Assembly: GCA_963717685.1 (NCBI GenBank)
Contig: OY970346.1
Location: forward strand, 258,970 to 322,969
Direction of reading: 5' to 3'
Source of the DNA: an uncultured Bacteroidales bacterium
Lineage (GTDB): Bacteria; Bacteroidota; Bacteroidia; Bacteroidales; VadinHA17
DNA length: 64,000 bases
This document shows, piece by piece, positions 19,380 to 29,383 of the stretch (positions are counted from its first letter, which is position 1; each line of letters begins with the position of its first letter). The notes under the pieces are model-generated. The model saw only the letters and a program-made list of their open reading frames with translations, was not told the origin of the DNA and did no database searches. The position numbers and the translations under genes were made by a program.

Positions 19380-21083
19380 ATGAGAACAATAAAACTATTC
19401 TCATCAATTTGCCTGTTGACGGCATTATGTAGTTGCAACCAGAAATGGAAGAACCCGCTTGCCCCGGGTTACCTGTCAAGGATTCCGCACCTGGAAAAAC
19501 AGGGTTCTGCTACAAGGCTAATAGCTGATGGAAAGCCTTTTCTGATGCTGGCCGGAGAGCTGCACAATTCTACCTGTGGAGGTCTGGAATCAATGAGACC
19601 TGTCTGGAAAAACATGGCGAAGAAGAATCTTAATACGGTCATCGCGACTGTCTCCTGGGAGCTGATCGAACCTGAGGAAGACAAATTTGATTTTGACCTT
19701 GTCGACAGCATGATAGCTGGTGCCGGCAGGGAAGACCTTAAACTGGTGCTTATATGGTTCGGAAGCTGGAAAAACGGAGGCTCGGTTTATGTCCCTTCAT
19801 GGATAAAGAAAAATTATGAAAAATACCCCCGGGCAAAAGATGAATCCGGCAAGCCGCTGGAAATTCTTTCGACATTCGGTCAGGCTTCCTGTGATGCAGA
19901 TTCCAGGGCATTTGCAACACTGATGAGGCATATCCGAAAGACAGACACAAAAAAACATACCGTGATCATGATGCAGGTCGAAAATGAAATGGGAGTGCTG
20001 GATGAACCGGGCAGGATCCCAGGAAATGCCAGGCGTGATTTCTCCAAGCCTGCCAATGCCGCCTTTAACGGCCCCGTACCTGCCAGGCTGATGGAATATC
20101 TCGGGTCGCACAGGGACAGCCTTTATCCTGAACTGTACAGGGTCTGGAAGGAAAATGGATTCAGGTCTTCCGGAACATGGGAAGAAATCTTTGGGAAAAG
20201 TGAATTCAGACCCGAGGCCGGCGATTGGCAATTTCTTTCATTCTATACGGAGGAACTGTTTTCGGCATGGAATTATGCCGGTTATACCGAAAAAGTTGCA
20301 GCGGCAGGAAAAAGTGAATATCCTTTGCCAATGTATGTGAACGCATGGCTTAAACAGCCGGGGACGCCATGGCCCGGTGTATATCCGTCAGGAGGCCCTC
20401 TGCCTCAGGTAATGGATATCTGGAGGGCAGCTGCTCCTTCCATCGATTTTCTGGCGCCCGATATTTACGTCGATGATTTCAGGTCGGCGTGCCACGATTT
20501 CGCCAGCATGGGTAACCCTTTATTCATTCCGGAAACAAGAGGAGGGGAACCAGGTGCTGCCAGGTGCTTTTATGCTTTCGGGGAGTACAGTGCTGATTGC
20601 TTTTCTCCTTTTGGAATTGATAATATCCGATGGGCAGAGAAGGATCCTCTCGATGAATCCTATGCTATGCTGAAAACCATGGCTCCGTTAATCCTCAGCA
20701 ATCAGGGTAAGGGTACCATGAGGGGAATTCTTGTCGATTCATCAGCACCTGAACAACAACTGGAGCTGGGAAGTTATAAGATCAGGGCAATATTTACACC
20801 GGCACCTGCAAGGAATGTTGCCGGAGCTTTAATCATCAGGACAGGACCTGATGAATTCATTGCAGCTGGTAAGGGCCTCGACATATTGTTTTATCCCATG
20901 GATAAATCGTCAAGGATCGGAATAGAAGCTGCGGATGAAGGAATCTTCAGGGATGGCATCTGGGTTTCCGAAAGGAGGCTTAATGGTGACGAGACGAATG
21001 CCAGCACCTGGTCGGGACCTGGAATAAAGCTGCCATGGGATAAGGCTGATCTGCAAAGGATTACCATCTACCATTACAAATAA
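19380..21083 (+). CDS. Clan GH-A TIM-barrel glycoside hydrolase (GH35/GH42-like beta-galactosidase-type) with C-terminal beta-sandwich, lipoprotein
   Basis: The start is moved to ATG 19380 (MRTIKLFSSICLLTALCSCNQ, lipobox). GKPFLMLAGELHNS, WELIEPEEDKFDF and MMQVENEMG (acid/base NE) resemble GH35-like enzymes of Bacteroidota. Confidence 0.6.
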   Translation: MRTIKLFSSICLLTALCSCNQKWKNPLAPGYLSRIPHLEKQGSATRLIADGKPFLMLAGELHNSTCGGLESMRPVWKNMAKKNLNTVIATVSWELIEPEEDKFDFDLVDSMIAGAGREDLKLVLIWFGSWKNGGSVYVPSWIKKNYEKYPRAKDESGKPLEILSTFGQASCDADSRAFATLMRHIRKTDTKKHTVIMMQVENEMGVLDEPGRIPGNARRDFSKPANAAFNGPVPARLMEYLGSHRDSLYPELYRVWKENGFRSSGTWEEIFGKSEFRPEAGDWQFLSFYTEELFSAWNYAGYTEKVAAAGKSEYPLPMYVNAWLKQPGTPWPGVYPSGGPLPQVMDIWRAAAPSIDFLAPDIYVDDFRSACHDFASMGNPLFIPETRGGEPGAARCFYAFGEYSADCFSPFGIDNIRWAEKDPLDESYAMLKTMAPLILSNQGKGTMRGILVDSSAPEQQLELGSYKIRAIFTPAPARNVAGALIIRTGPDEFIAAGKGLDILFYPMDKSSRIGIEAADEGIFRDGIWVSERRLNGDETNASTWSGPGIKLPWDKADLQRITIYHYK

Positions 21084-21217
21084 ACACATTATCAATAACG
21101 TCTCAGTAAATCCGGTGACTGTATGAATAATGACAGCAATGGACATGCATGAAGAGAAATTTCCGTCATTTTATGATTTCATTTTTGTGATTGAGATGAA
21201 TTGCGCCTTTGTGAAAA

Positions 21218-22405
21218 TCAGTTGACCTCCAGCTCCCTCCATCCGGGAAGGACAGGAAATTTTGCATGGGGCTCGGTCTGATACCAGAAGCATACTGAAG
21301 CCATATCCGATTTTTGCGGGAGGTACCTTCCGCCATGATGCCATCCTAAATCCTGAATTGTGACCTTCAGGTCCTTTTCAAAGCGTATCGGATCCATTAT
21401 ATGCCAGCGATAAAGCCCGAAACGCTGCATTACATCGTAATGGCCATCGCCACGTACGACCTGATGAAGGCCTGAATAAGGCGAACAGAACTCTGTATAA
21501 TTGCTTTCTTCGGTACCTGCAGGATTCCTGCTGCTGGTATCAAAATCATAGGAGCCGCAGAAATAGTCTTCCGTACCTGTTCCGCAGATAGTAGGAAATT
21601 TTGAATCTCCGTCGATAAAGAATTTAATTTCACCTTCTCCCCACCATCCATTATTGTTCACTCCCACTGCTAGGTATACTCCCACATACTGGCCTTTTCC
21701 TTTTACGCCATCGATTATAGTATAATCGGACGCAATATCCGGATTCTGCCTCCGGAACTGTGCATGGAAATAACCGGCATCAGCAGGAACATCAGTGAGG
21801 GCGTAATCAATCTGGTAATAAAGTGTCAGAGGATCTGAATCGCCTATGTTCTGCATTGTTATCCTGCATTTCTTTCTGAAAGGCATCGGCCAGTAACAGT
21901 TAAATGCGCTGCCCGGGTTTACGCACACTGCGAGAGAAGAAAGATGAGCATATACTCCCCATCCCATACCGAAGAAATCGCCAACAGGGCATTCCACTGA
22001 AGGCTCTGTCTCATCGTCCCAATAAATACGCAATATTGAAAAACGCCAGTTTCCAGCCGGGGTCATCCAGATATGCTGTATGATTCCGGGACCTTCAATT
22101 TCGGCAAGAGTAAAGGTCTCTCCGGGTCTTATCCTGATAAATGGATTTATTTTCCAGCCCTGCCCCAGGTCGCGTGCTGCATTTGAGGCATTAGCCATGT
22201 TTGGCTTATCCTTATCGGCAGGATCGGCCATGCCTGCTTTTCCTTTTTCACCGGTGAAGTTTTCAGGGCTAATTGAACGGGTTCTGGCATCTGATAACCT
22301 GTAAATATTTCCCATGTTCATGCCGAGTCCGTCGAATTTGCCCTGAGGCAAAGCCGGAAACGCCATTGAAAAAACTAAAATGAGAGTACTCAGGGTTTTT
22401 TTCAT
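21218..22405 (-). CDS. DUF2961 / glycoside hydrolase family 172-like protein, secreted
   Basis: Start at the internal Met 22405 (MKKTLSTLILVFSMAF). RSISPENFTGEKGKAGMA and CGTGTEDYFCGSYDF are the blocks I associate with DUF2961. Confidence 0.65.
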   Translation of the reverse strand: MKKTLSTLILVFSMAFPALPQGKFDGLGMNMGNIYRLSDARTRSISPENFTGEKGKAGMADPADKDKPNMANASNAARDLGQGWKINPFIRIRPGETFTLAEIEGPGIIQHIWMTPAGNWRFSILRIYWDDETEPSVECPVGDFFGMGWGVYAHLSSLAVCVNPGSAFNCYWPMPFRKKCRITMQNIGDSDPLTLYYQIDYALTDVPADAGYFHAQFRRQNPDIASDYTIIDGVKGKGQYVGVYLAVGVNNNGWWGEGEIKFFIDGDSKFPTICGTGTEDYFCGSYDFDTSSRNPAGTEESNYTEFCSPYSGLHQVVRGDGHYDVMQRFGLYRWHIMDPIRFEKDLKVTIQDLGWHHGGRYLPQKSDMASVCFWYQTEPHAKFPVLPGWRELEVN

Positions 22406-22579
22406 ATTGATTAACATTTAGGTCATTTCCCAGTGAATTTAAAATTAAACATTAGGAGTGAATAAAAGACCCTGGTTCCTGTATAAATATGTGGAGGATG
22501 TAAAAAAAGAGGCAATACTCATGCCCCCTTTTTCAATAAGCGATACTGTCTGTGCATCGGACCGGATATATAACAATAT

Positions 22580-23038
22580 TTATTTTAGAATATATCTGAT
22601 TGAAAGAGCCAGTCCGTCACCGAAGAAATGCGAATATCCAACCAGGTTCAGTTGTGGTTTCCAGTCAAGGCTGAGGTTTATTGGAGCTGACTTAAAACTA
22701 TACTCCATTCCCAGAACTCCGTCAATGCCTACCACTGTTTCTGAGCCTCCCGGATAGCTGGCTCCGTAAAATCCGACATTGGCACCCACTCCATAATACC
22801 ACTTCAACCCTGATGTATTAAAAGCCGGATGATGAACCTCGTACAATCCGACAACCTCAAACCCGCCCCATCTCGTTGTAAGAAGCCCTTCAATGGCATC
22901 ATTGCCGTCAAAAAAATGTTTTATTGTCAAACCATTGTAAAGCCCCAGCCTCAATCCGATTCCCGTTTTGTAATCCTGTGCACCTGCAACAGTAACAATA
23001 CATACTGCCAGTAACAATGTTAAGATCAATTTTTTCAT
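22580..23038 (-). CDS. Small outer-membrane beta-barrel protein (OmpA-barrel/OmpW-like fold)
   Basis: 152 aa. Signal peptide MKKLILTLLLAVCIVTVAGAQ, then alternating hydrophobic strands rich in G/Y/W. Confidence 0.55.
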   Translation of the reverse strand: MKKLILTLLLAVCIVTVAGAQDYKTGIGLRLGLYNGLTIKHFFDGNDAIEGLLTTRWGGFEVVGLYEVHHPAFNTSGLKWYYGVGANVGFYGASYPGGSETVVGIDGVLGMEYSFKSAPINLSLDWKPQLNLVGYSHFFGDGLALSIRYILK

Positions 23039-23133
23039 AAATCAATGCATTTTAATTATAGACACTGCAAATTTACTAAATTTATAATTATCATCTTTTC
23101 TTTACCAGGTCAATGATTATGCGTAAGTTATAA

Positions 23134-24006
23134 TCATATGATCCTGAAATTTTCATAAAATGTATTTATTCCCAGGTACTTTTTAAGAAAGATCTTCCCC
23201 CTGTATTTCAACGACAACCTGTTGAAAGACAAATCGTGATCAAATGTCCAGTTTTTGCTCTTTATCCTATCAGTCATGACCTGGGGATGAGTGCCTTTAA
23301 AAAGGCTGAGCGAATCGATATTTGAATAATCGTATAATTCCTGACCGGTCAGGTTTTTTATCCAGGAGACATTTTCGTAAAAGGACGAAGCATTTTTTAT
23401 TTTCTTCATCATTATTCCCGGCTCTTTGACCCAGCCGTAATGATATACACAGGCATCAACCGGCTTTACATTCAGCTTCAAGTTATCGCCTCTGCGAAAT
23501 CCCTGGGCGTCCCTGTATGAATATATTGACTTATCGTTCCTGATGACCCGGATCTCATTCCTGTACCACCGGGGGGAAACTCCCACATAATCATAAGAGC
23601 CGTAAAAATGAAGATAATTGAATAAAAGACCATCCACTATTTTTTCATCTTTCCATTTTTCCATTTCAGAATAAACAATATCGAGGTATTTCTCATGGAT
23701 TACCTCATCGCCCTGTATATAAAAAGCCCAGTCAGAATCCTCATGGACTTCGTGAAATGCTTTGTTTGTCTCAATGGCAAAAACCTTCCCCCCCTTTTTT
23801 AATTCAGGCGAATCGTCCCAGACGGTTTTAATGACCCTTATTTTTTTTTTGTCAATACCCAGGATAAGATCTTCAGTGCTGTCTTCTGAATCACCCACGG
23901 CAACGACAAAATCATCGCAAACAGGTAAAATTGATTTTATAGCTTCCACAACAGGGTAATCAAATTTTACGGCATTGCGTATAAATGTAAAACCTGTGAC
24001 TTTCAT
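23134..24006 (-). CDS. Glycosyltransferase (GT2-like)
   Basis: 290 aa. The N-terminus MKVTGFTFIRNAVKFDYPVVEAIKSILPVCDDFVVAVGDSEDST...YIQGDEVIHE is typical of a conserved GT2-like family. Confidence 0.5.
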   Translation of the reverse strand: MKVTGFTFIRNAVKFDYPVVEAIKSILPVCDDFVVAVGDSEDSTEDLILGIDKKKIRVIKTVWDDSPELKKGGKVFAIETNKAFHEVHEDSDWAFYIQGDEVIHEKYLDIVYSEMEKWKDEKIVDGLLFNYLHFYGSYDYVGVSPRWYRNEIRVIRNDKSIYSYRDAQGFRRGDNLKLNVKPVDACVYHYGWVKEPGIMMKKIKNASSFYENVSWIKNLTGQELYDYSNIDSLSLFKGTHPQVMTDRIKSKNWTFDHDLSFNRLSLKYRGKIFLKKYLGINTFYENFRII

Positions 24007-24245
24007 AGTTTAAAAGTTGTAATATCCTGTTGAAGGAATAAAAAATAACAGAGAATCTGCAAATTTAAATAAATGAATTTAAATAAAACAGTCCCCGGGA
24101 TATGCCGTGCATAATTAAAGACAGGAACAAAACTGATGATTTCAAAAGGCTGTTTATTTGTAATTATGAAATAATTTACGGCATCTTTCTATAATGGATG
24201 CTGAAATTTATTTCCGGAAATCAGAAAGATTAAAATGCCAATGTT

Positions 24246-25094
24246 TCAGATAAACATTTTTACAGCGGAATAACCAAAAAATAAAGCGAAGAAACACAGG
24301 ATAATTCCCATTATCCTGACAATCCAGTTAAGAATATTTATATCGATCTTCCTGCGAAATCTGACAAGGAGCAAAGAGAGTTGTGAAAACCATAAAAATC
24401 CTCCTGCTGCGAGGGAGACTGAATAAAAAAGGCTTGTCAGAAAATGATAATTGCGCGGAAGCTTTACAGGTTTCCTTACCGGATTGGTTTCCATCTTCTT
24501 TAATATTTTCAGCGTATCAAACTTAAGGTAGGATGGAATCTGCGGCTTTTGTGAAATCTTCCCTTCAATATTCTGAATCTGATTAAGATTCTGATCCACA
24601 ACACTGTTCAGCCCGCCTGTATTAAAGCCCAGAGATGCCGCGAATGACAATGCAACGAACGATGATAGCATCCAGCCGAAAAACAGTGTCGGGTTAAGAA
24701 AATTTATCATAAAACCAGTGTAAAGAGCACCATGGATTTTAGTGCCCTTCCCTTCTGCCAACCTCGTTTCCTCATCAATATGTTCAAGATCAAACTTTGT
24801 CCTGATAATCCTGATTCCAACAAAAAACAGCAGGATTGAGCCTGCTGCCAGGATGTAAGGAATGACCTGTTTATATGCCGAGAAAAGATGCGTTATCCCG
24901 TAAACAGCCACAAGAACGTAAATAAAATCGGCAAATGATGCCCCCAGGGCCAGAAGGTTGCAGTATTTAAGCCTCCCTTTGAGGGCATTTGATGTCACAA
25001 GGATACTTATGGGCCCGGCAATCGGCATCGAAAAGATAAAGCCTGCTGCAAGTCCTATTATTGATATTGTGATCAGACTGCCTGTCAAAGACAT
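24246..25094 (-). CDS. LysE/RhtB-like multi-pass membrane protein (paralog of 47169..48011)
   Basis: 282 aa. The N-terminal block GLAAGFIFSMPIAGPISILVTSNALKGR and YTGFMINFLNPTLFFGW resemble LysE-type translocators. About half the residues match the 47169..48011 product by eye. Confidence 0.45.
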   Translation of the reverse strand: MSLTGSLITISIIGLAAGFIFSMPIAGPISILVTSNALKGRLKYCNLLALGASFADFIYVLVAVYGITHLFSAYKQVIPYILAAGSILLFFVGIRIIRTKFDLEHIDEETRLAEGKGTKIHGALYTGFMINFLNPTLFFGWMLSSFVALSFAASLGFNTGGLNSVVDQNLNQIQNIEGKISQKPQIPSYLKFDTLKILKKMETNPVRKPVKLPRNYHFLTSLFYSVSLAAGGFLWFSQLSLLLVRFRRKIDINILNWIVRIMGIILCFFALFFGYSAVKMFI

Positions 25095-25433
25095 TTTATA
25101 AAACCTGTTAAATCGCTCCCAATATTACCAAAGAAGCATCCCTGTTTTTTAAAGTATCCGCAAAAATAATTAATTGAATTAAATGAAATACATTTCATAT
25201 AAAAATTGAACAACATATCTTCCGTCCTGAGCTTTTGCATGATTCCATAAGCAATTAAAAACCGGGCATGTTACAGCAAGGTGCATAAATATGGAACCGG
25301 AAAGGGATATGACTGCAGTATTCGGTGTTATGGCCCGCATCCTGCGACAGGAATTGTGGAAACATTCACTTAATTCAGGGATATCGTGATTAAGATGCGG
25401 AAGAAATACAGGGCTGGTCAGACTGATTATCCG

Positions 25434-26120
25434 TTATTCGCTGAACCTGTAGCCAATCCCCGGCTCGGTTATGATAAAGCGGGGATGTGAGGGATCGTCT
25501 TCAATTTTTTTTCTGAGCTGAGCCACAAAAACCCTCAGATACTGTGTCTGATCGGAATAGCTGTGTCCCCATATTTCCTTTAGAATATACTGATGAATTA
25601 GAACTTTCCCCGGATTTCTTGCCATAAGAGCGAGCAATGAGAATTCAGTTGAAGTCAGCTTCACGATGGAATTGTCTTTCTTCACAATATGCCCTGAAAG
25701 GTCAATTACCAGAGAGTTGAATGTCAGAATTGTACCGGTGCCTGCAGCATCCTGTGACAATCTTAATGAAGTTCTGATGCGGGCAAGCAACTCTCCCGTT
25801 CTGAATGGTTTAGTCAGATAATCATTGGCCCCGCTGTCAAGTGCCTTAATAATATCCTCCTCGGAGTTTCTGACAGAAAGAACAATAATAGGATTCTTGT
25901 ACCATTCCCTGAATTTTTTCAGAACCGACAGGCCATCTTCGTCAGGAAGGCCAAGATCGAGAAGAACCAGCGACGGATTATGCGTTGTAAGTGCAATCAG
26001 TCCTTCCCTGGCAGATGATGCTTCCATTACCTTGTAATCATTAAGATTCAGGGTAATATTGAGAAGCTTCCTTATCTGAGCTTCATCATCAATGACAAGA
26101 ATAGTATCTCCTTTTGCCAT
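25434..26120 (-). CDS. kdpE: OmpR-family response regulator KdpE
   Basis: 228 aa. Receiver domain (LVLLDLGLPDEDG) plus winged-helix output (GIGYRF). It lies directly downstream of kdpD. Confidence 0.85.
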   Translation of the reverse strand: MAKGDTILVIDDEAQIRKLLNITLNLNDYKVMEASSAREGLIALTTHNPSLVLLDLGLPDEDGLSVLKKFREWYKNPIIVLSVRNSEEDIIKALDSGANDYLTKPFRTGELLARIRTSLRLSQDAAGTGTILTFNSLVIDLSGHIVKKDNSIVKLTSTEFSLLALMARNPGKVLIHQYILKEIWGHSYSDQTQYLRVFVAQLRKKIEDDPSHPRFIITEPGIGYRFSE

Positions 26121-26128
26121 TAATGCAA

Positions 26129-28819
26129 TTATAACAAAATTTTGTTCAGATCCGGCACTTCAGTAGGTATTTTAACCGTTATTCTTGCTCCCCCGTTCTG
26201 CCTGTTTTCTATCATCACAGTTCCGTTATGCGCCTGAACAAAACCCTTTACAATTGAAAGCCCAAGACCGGTACCACCGGAAATACTCCCTTCTAGCCTG
26301 TAAAACTTGTTAAAGACATTCTGAACTTCACCTGGTGGAAAGCCCGGTCCTCTGTCCATTACCTGCATAAAAAAGTTCTGCTGGTCATAATACATTTTAA
26401 TTCTTATTGTAGTCCCGGCTTTCGAATACTGGGTTGCATTAAGAACAAGATTATGCAGGACTTGCTCCATAAGCCCGAAATCAATTTTTACGAGGGGCAT
26501 GTCTTCATTAATATTGATCTCAAGGTTGAATCTTTCAAGATCACTTTTCAACTCCTCTGAAACCTTGTTCGCAAGATCATGTACGTCGTGCCAGTCGAGT
26601 TTGGTTTTAATTCTGCCAGATTCAAGTCTCGACATATTCAACAGGTTTTCAATGAGCCTGTTCAGTCTTTCTGAAGCCTTGTTTATCTCAATAAACAAAT
26701 GATTATTCGTTTCCCTGTCGAACTCTCCGGAGAGTAATGTATCTGAGGCTCCCATGATTGTAGCGACAGGGATTCTCAGCTCATGGGATATTGAATTAAA
26801 AAGGCTTTTATAGAGTTTATCTGATTCGTCAAGCACTGAAGCTCTTCTGGCAATATCGTTCAGGAATTCCCTTTCAAGTGCATTTGATATCTGGGTCCTG
26901 TATGCATCCCAGAAAGCCTCATTATCGCCTGAGAGAGGTTCGTTTTGTTTTATGACCACGACCCCCAGCCTAAGTTTATTTCCCAGCAGCGGATAATACG
27001 TGAAGACTGATGAAGAAAGTGTATCCGTGAATCTCCCTGCCTTTCTTGAGTGCTGAAATGACCACTCAGCCACGCTTAGCTCTGCATCGGATAGACTCAG
27101 GGAGCTGTCCGGTCTTATTACCTTATCCAGCAAATCGTTAGTGCCCTTCAGTATAATTGAGCTTTCCAGTACAGAATATTTTCTTATGTAATTAACTGAT
27201 GTTTTTATGACTTCGTCGATACCTGATGTCATTGACAGTTCCCTGGTCAGCTGGTATAAGGCATTCGTTCTCAATTCCCGCACCCGGGTAAGCCTTTCCT
27301 GTCTTCTGATCCTCGAAGTCATAACTCCTCCTATGAGTGCAATAATGAAATACATTATCAGCATCAGCACATCCTCAAGCTTGTGTACATGAAAAGTTAA
27401 GAGTGGCGGTATAAAAAAGAAATCCCACAATGCAGCGCTCAGTGCTGCTGCAAGCAATATTGGTCCAATTCCCACAAAAATTGCAAGGATTGAAACTGTA
27501 AACAAAAGACCGAATGCTACAACCTGATAACCGATGTATTCTTTAAGCGGATAGAATATTACTGCAGTAAGGATTGTAAAAAAAGCTGAAATTACATATT
27601 GTGAAAAACCGGATATGAAGCCGGAATATTTCATGTATTTCATGTACTGATTTTCATCCGATACATTTGATCCCAGCACATAAACATCTATGTTCCCGCT
27701 GTATCTGATCAGTTTGTTAACGAAATTTCCAAGCACGAAATATGATAAAAGGCTTCTGCGTCTTGGTTTGCCGATAATGATATGAGTTATATTTTCCTTT
27801 TGGCCGATATCGAGTATTGCCCTTACAATATCGTCTCCTGAAGTTGTTATAAATTCAGCTCCCAGTTGTTTTGCCAGACTTATATTCCTGTCAAGCTGCT
27901 CCTTCTGTTGTGGCGTAAGTTTTCTTTTTGATTCCACATAAAGGGATAGCAATGTAGCTCCCATAGTATATGCCAGGTTTTTAGCCCATCTGAGAAGTTT
28001 AGCTGACTGAGGGCTGGGGCCGATGACAGCCATCAGGTGCAAGCCGGATTTCCAGGGGCCCCTTATATGTTTATCGTGCATATATACACGCAGCTGTTTA
28101 TCGACCCTGTCGGCAACGATCCGGAGAGACATTTCCCTCAAAGCGGTCAGATTACCCTTTTTAAAGAAATTCCTTACAGCTTCTGCCGACCTTTCGGGAG
28201 TATAAACTTTCCCGTCAGCGAATCTTTGCAGCAATTCATCGGGAGTTATATCCACAAGCTCAATCTCATCTGCCTTTTCAAAAACCTCATCAGGTACAGT
28301 CTCTCTGACTATAACTCCTGTTATCTGGGATACTGTATCGGCCCTGCTTTCAAGATGCTGAACATTCAACGTGGTGTAAACATTGATACCGCAGTCGAGA
28401 ATATCAAGGATGTCCTGATATCTTTTAAGATGAACGCAGCCCGGTGCATTGGTATGAGCCAGTTCATCAATGATCACGATATCGGGTTTTCTCGATATAA
28501 TTGTTTCAATATCTGCATCTTCTAGTACTGAACCTTTATAGTTAATCTTCTTCCTTGGTACCATCTCGAAACCTTTCAGAAGCTCATTGGTGTCGCGACG
28601 GTTATGTGTTTCGACATATCCGATGATTATATCAGTGCCCTTTGTTTTATCAATCAATGCTGATTCAAGCATGGAGAATGTCTTTCCGACACCTGCACAC
28701 ATGCCGAAAAAAATCTTCAGTTTGCCTTTCTTACTTTGTTCTTCCTCTCTTTTGATGGAAGCAAGCAATTCATCAGGATCAGGGCGTATATTACCGGTAT
28801 TGTCCATAAAGTCTATCAA
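26129..28819 (-). CDS. kdpD: Sensor histidine kinase KdpD (N-terminal KdpD + Usp domains, 4 TM, HK core)
   Basis: 896 aa. Walker-like GMCAGVGKT in the KdpD domain, H-box SISHELRIP, and G-boxes DRGPGFP and GGTGLGLSIVKG. The start may instead be the Met at 28807. Confidence 0.9.
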   Translation of the reverse strand: MIDFMDNTGNIRPDPDELLASIKREEEQSKKGKLKIFFGMCAGVGKTFSMLESALIDKTKGTDIIIGYVETHNRRDTNELLKGFEMVPRKKINYKGSVLEDADIETIISRKPDIVIIDELAHTNAPGCVHLKRYQDILDILDCGINVYTTLNVQHLESRADTVSQITGVIVRETVPDEVFEKADEIELVDITPDELLQRFADGKVYTPERSAEAVRNFFKKGNLTALREMSLRIVADRVDKQLRVYMHDKHIRGPWKSGLHLMAVIGPSPQSAKLLRWAKNLAYTMGATLLSLYVESKRKLTPQQKEQLDRNISLAKQLGAEFITTSGDDIVRAILDIGQKENITHIIIGKPRRRSLLSYFVLGNFVNKLIRYSGNIDVYVLGSNVSDENQYMKYMKYSGFISGFSQYVISAFFTILTAVIFYPLKEYIGYQVVAFGLLFTVSILAIFVGIGPILLAAALSAALWDFFFIPPLLTFHVHKLEDVLMLIMYFIIALIGGVMTSRIRRQERLTRVRELRTNALYQLTRELSMTSGIDEVIKTSVNYIRKYSVLESSIILKGTNDLLDKVIRPDSSLSLSDAELSVAEWSFQHSRKAGRFTDTLSSSVFTYYPLLGNKLRLGVVVIKQNEPLSGDNEAFWDAYRTQISNALEREFLNDIARRASVLDESDKLYKSLFNSISHELRIPVATIMGASDTLLSGEFDRETNNHLFIEINKASERLNRLIENLLNMSRLESGRIKTKLDWHDVHDLANKVSEELKSDLERFNLEININEDMPLVKIDFGLMEQVLHNLVLNATQYSKAGTTIRIKMYYDQQNFFMQVMDRGPGFPPGEVQNVFNKFYRLEGSISGGTGLGLSIVKGFVQAHNGTVMIENRQNGGARITVKIPTEVPDLNKILL

Positions 28820-29378
28820 CTCTCAAATTTAAGAGAAAAACATTAATCCTTGGTTCGCCAAGAATCAAAAACTGTCGCTTTTGCGTCATATCGTTAATAA
28901 GGCTGACGAGCTGATCTTCCCCCTTCCTGCCAAGGTTTCTTGCCTTCGCGACCCGGGATACCTGCAAAATTGCTGCGTAAGGTGAAATTTGGGGATCGAG
29001 TCCACTCCCGGAAGAAGTCAATATTTCAGGCGGCAGGTCTTTCACATCAGGGACATCGTTAATAATGCGGAAGTCCTTTTCTCTTTTAATCACCGTGCTC
29101 TTCAGATCCGGATTTAAAGGTCCCAAGTTTGAAGCACCTGAAGGCAATGGATTATACTGAACTGACGAGGGTCTGGGCCAAAAGTATTTCAGGCTGTCAA
29201 AATTCTGCCCGATCAGCTTTGAACCAATGACTTCACCCTTTATCCTGACGAGGCTTCCTTTTGCCTTATCACTAAAAAAGATATTTGCAATACCGTGAAT
29301 CAAAGCAGGATATAAGAACCCCGTGAGCAGTGTCATAAGCAGTAAAGCCTTTAAACCGGAGACTATATGTTTTATCAT
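28791..29378 (-). CDS. kdpC: K+-transporting ATPase subunit C
   Basis: 195 aa. Single N-terminal TM, GSGLDPQISP motif, positioned between kdpB and kdpD. Confidence 0.85.
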   Translation of the reverse strand: MIKHIVSGLKALLLMTLLTGFLYPALIHGIANIFFSDKAKGSLVRIKGEVIGSKLIGQNFDSLKYFWPRPSSVQYNPLPSGASNLGPLNPDLKSTVIKREKDFRIINDVPDVKDLPPEILTSSGSGLDPQISPYAAILQVSRVAKARNLGRKGEDQLVSLINDMTQKRQFLILGEPRINVFLLNLRVDRLYGQYR

Positions 29379-29383
29379 ACTTT

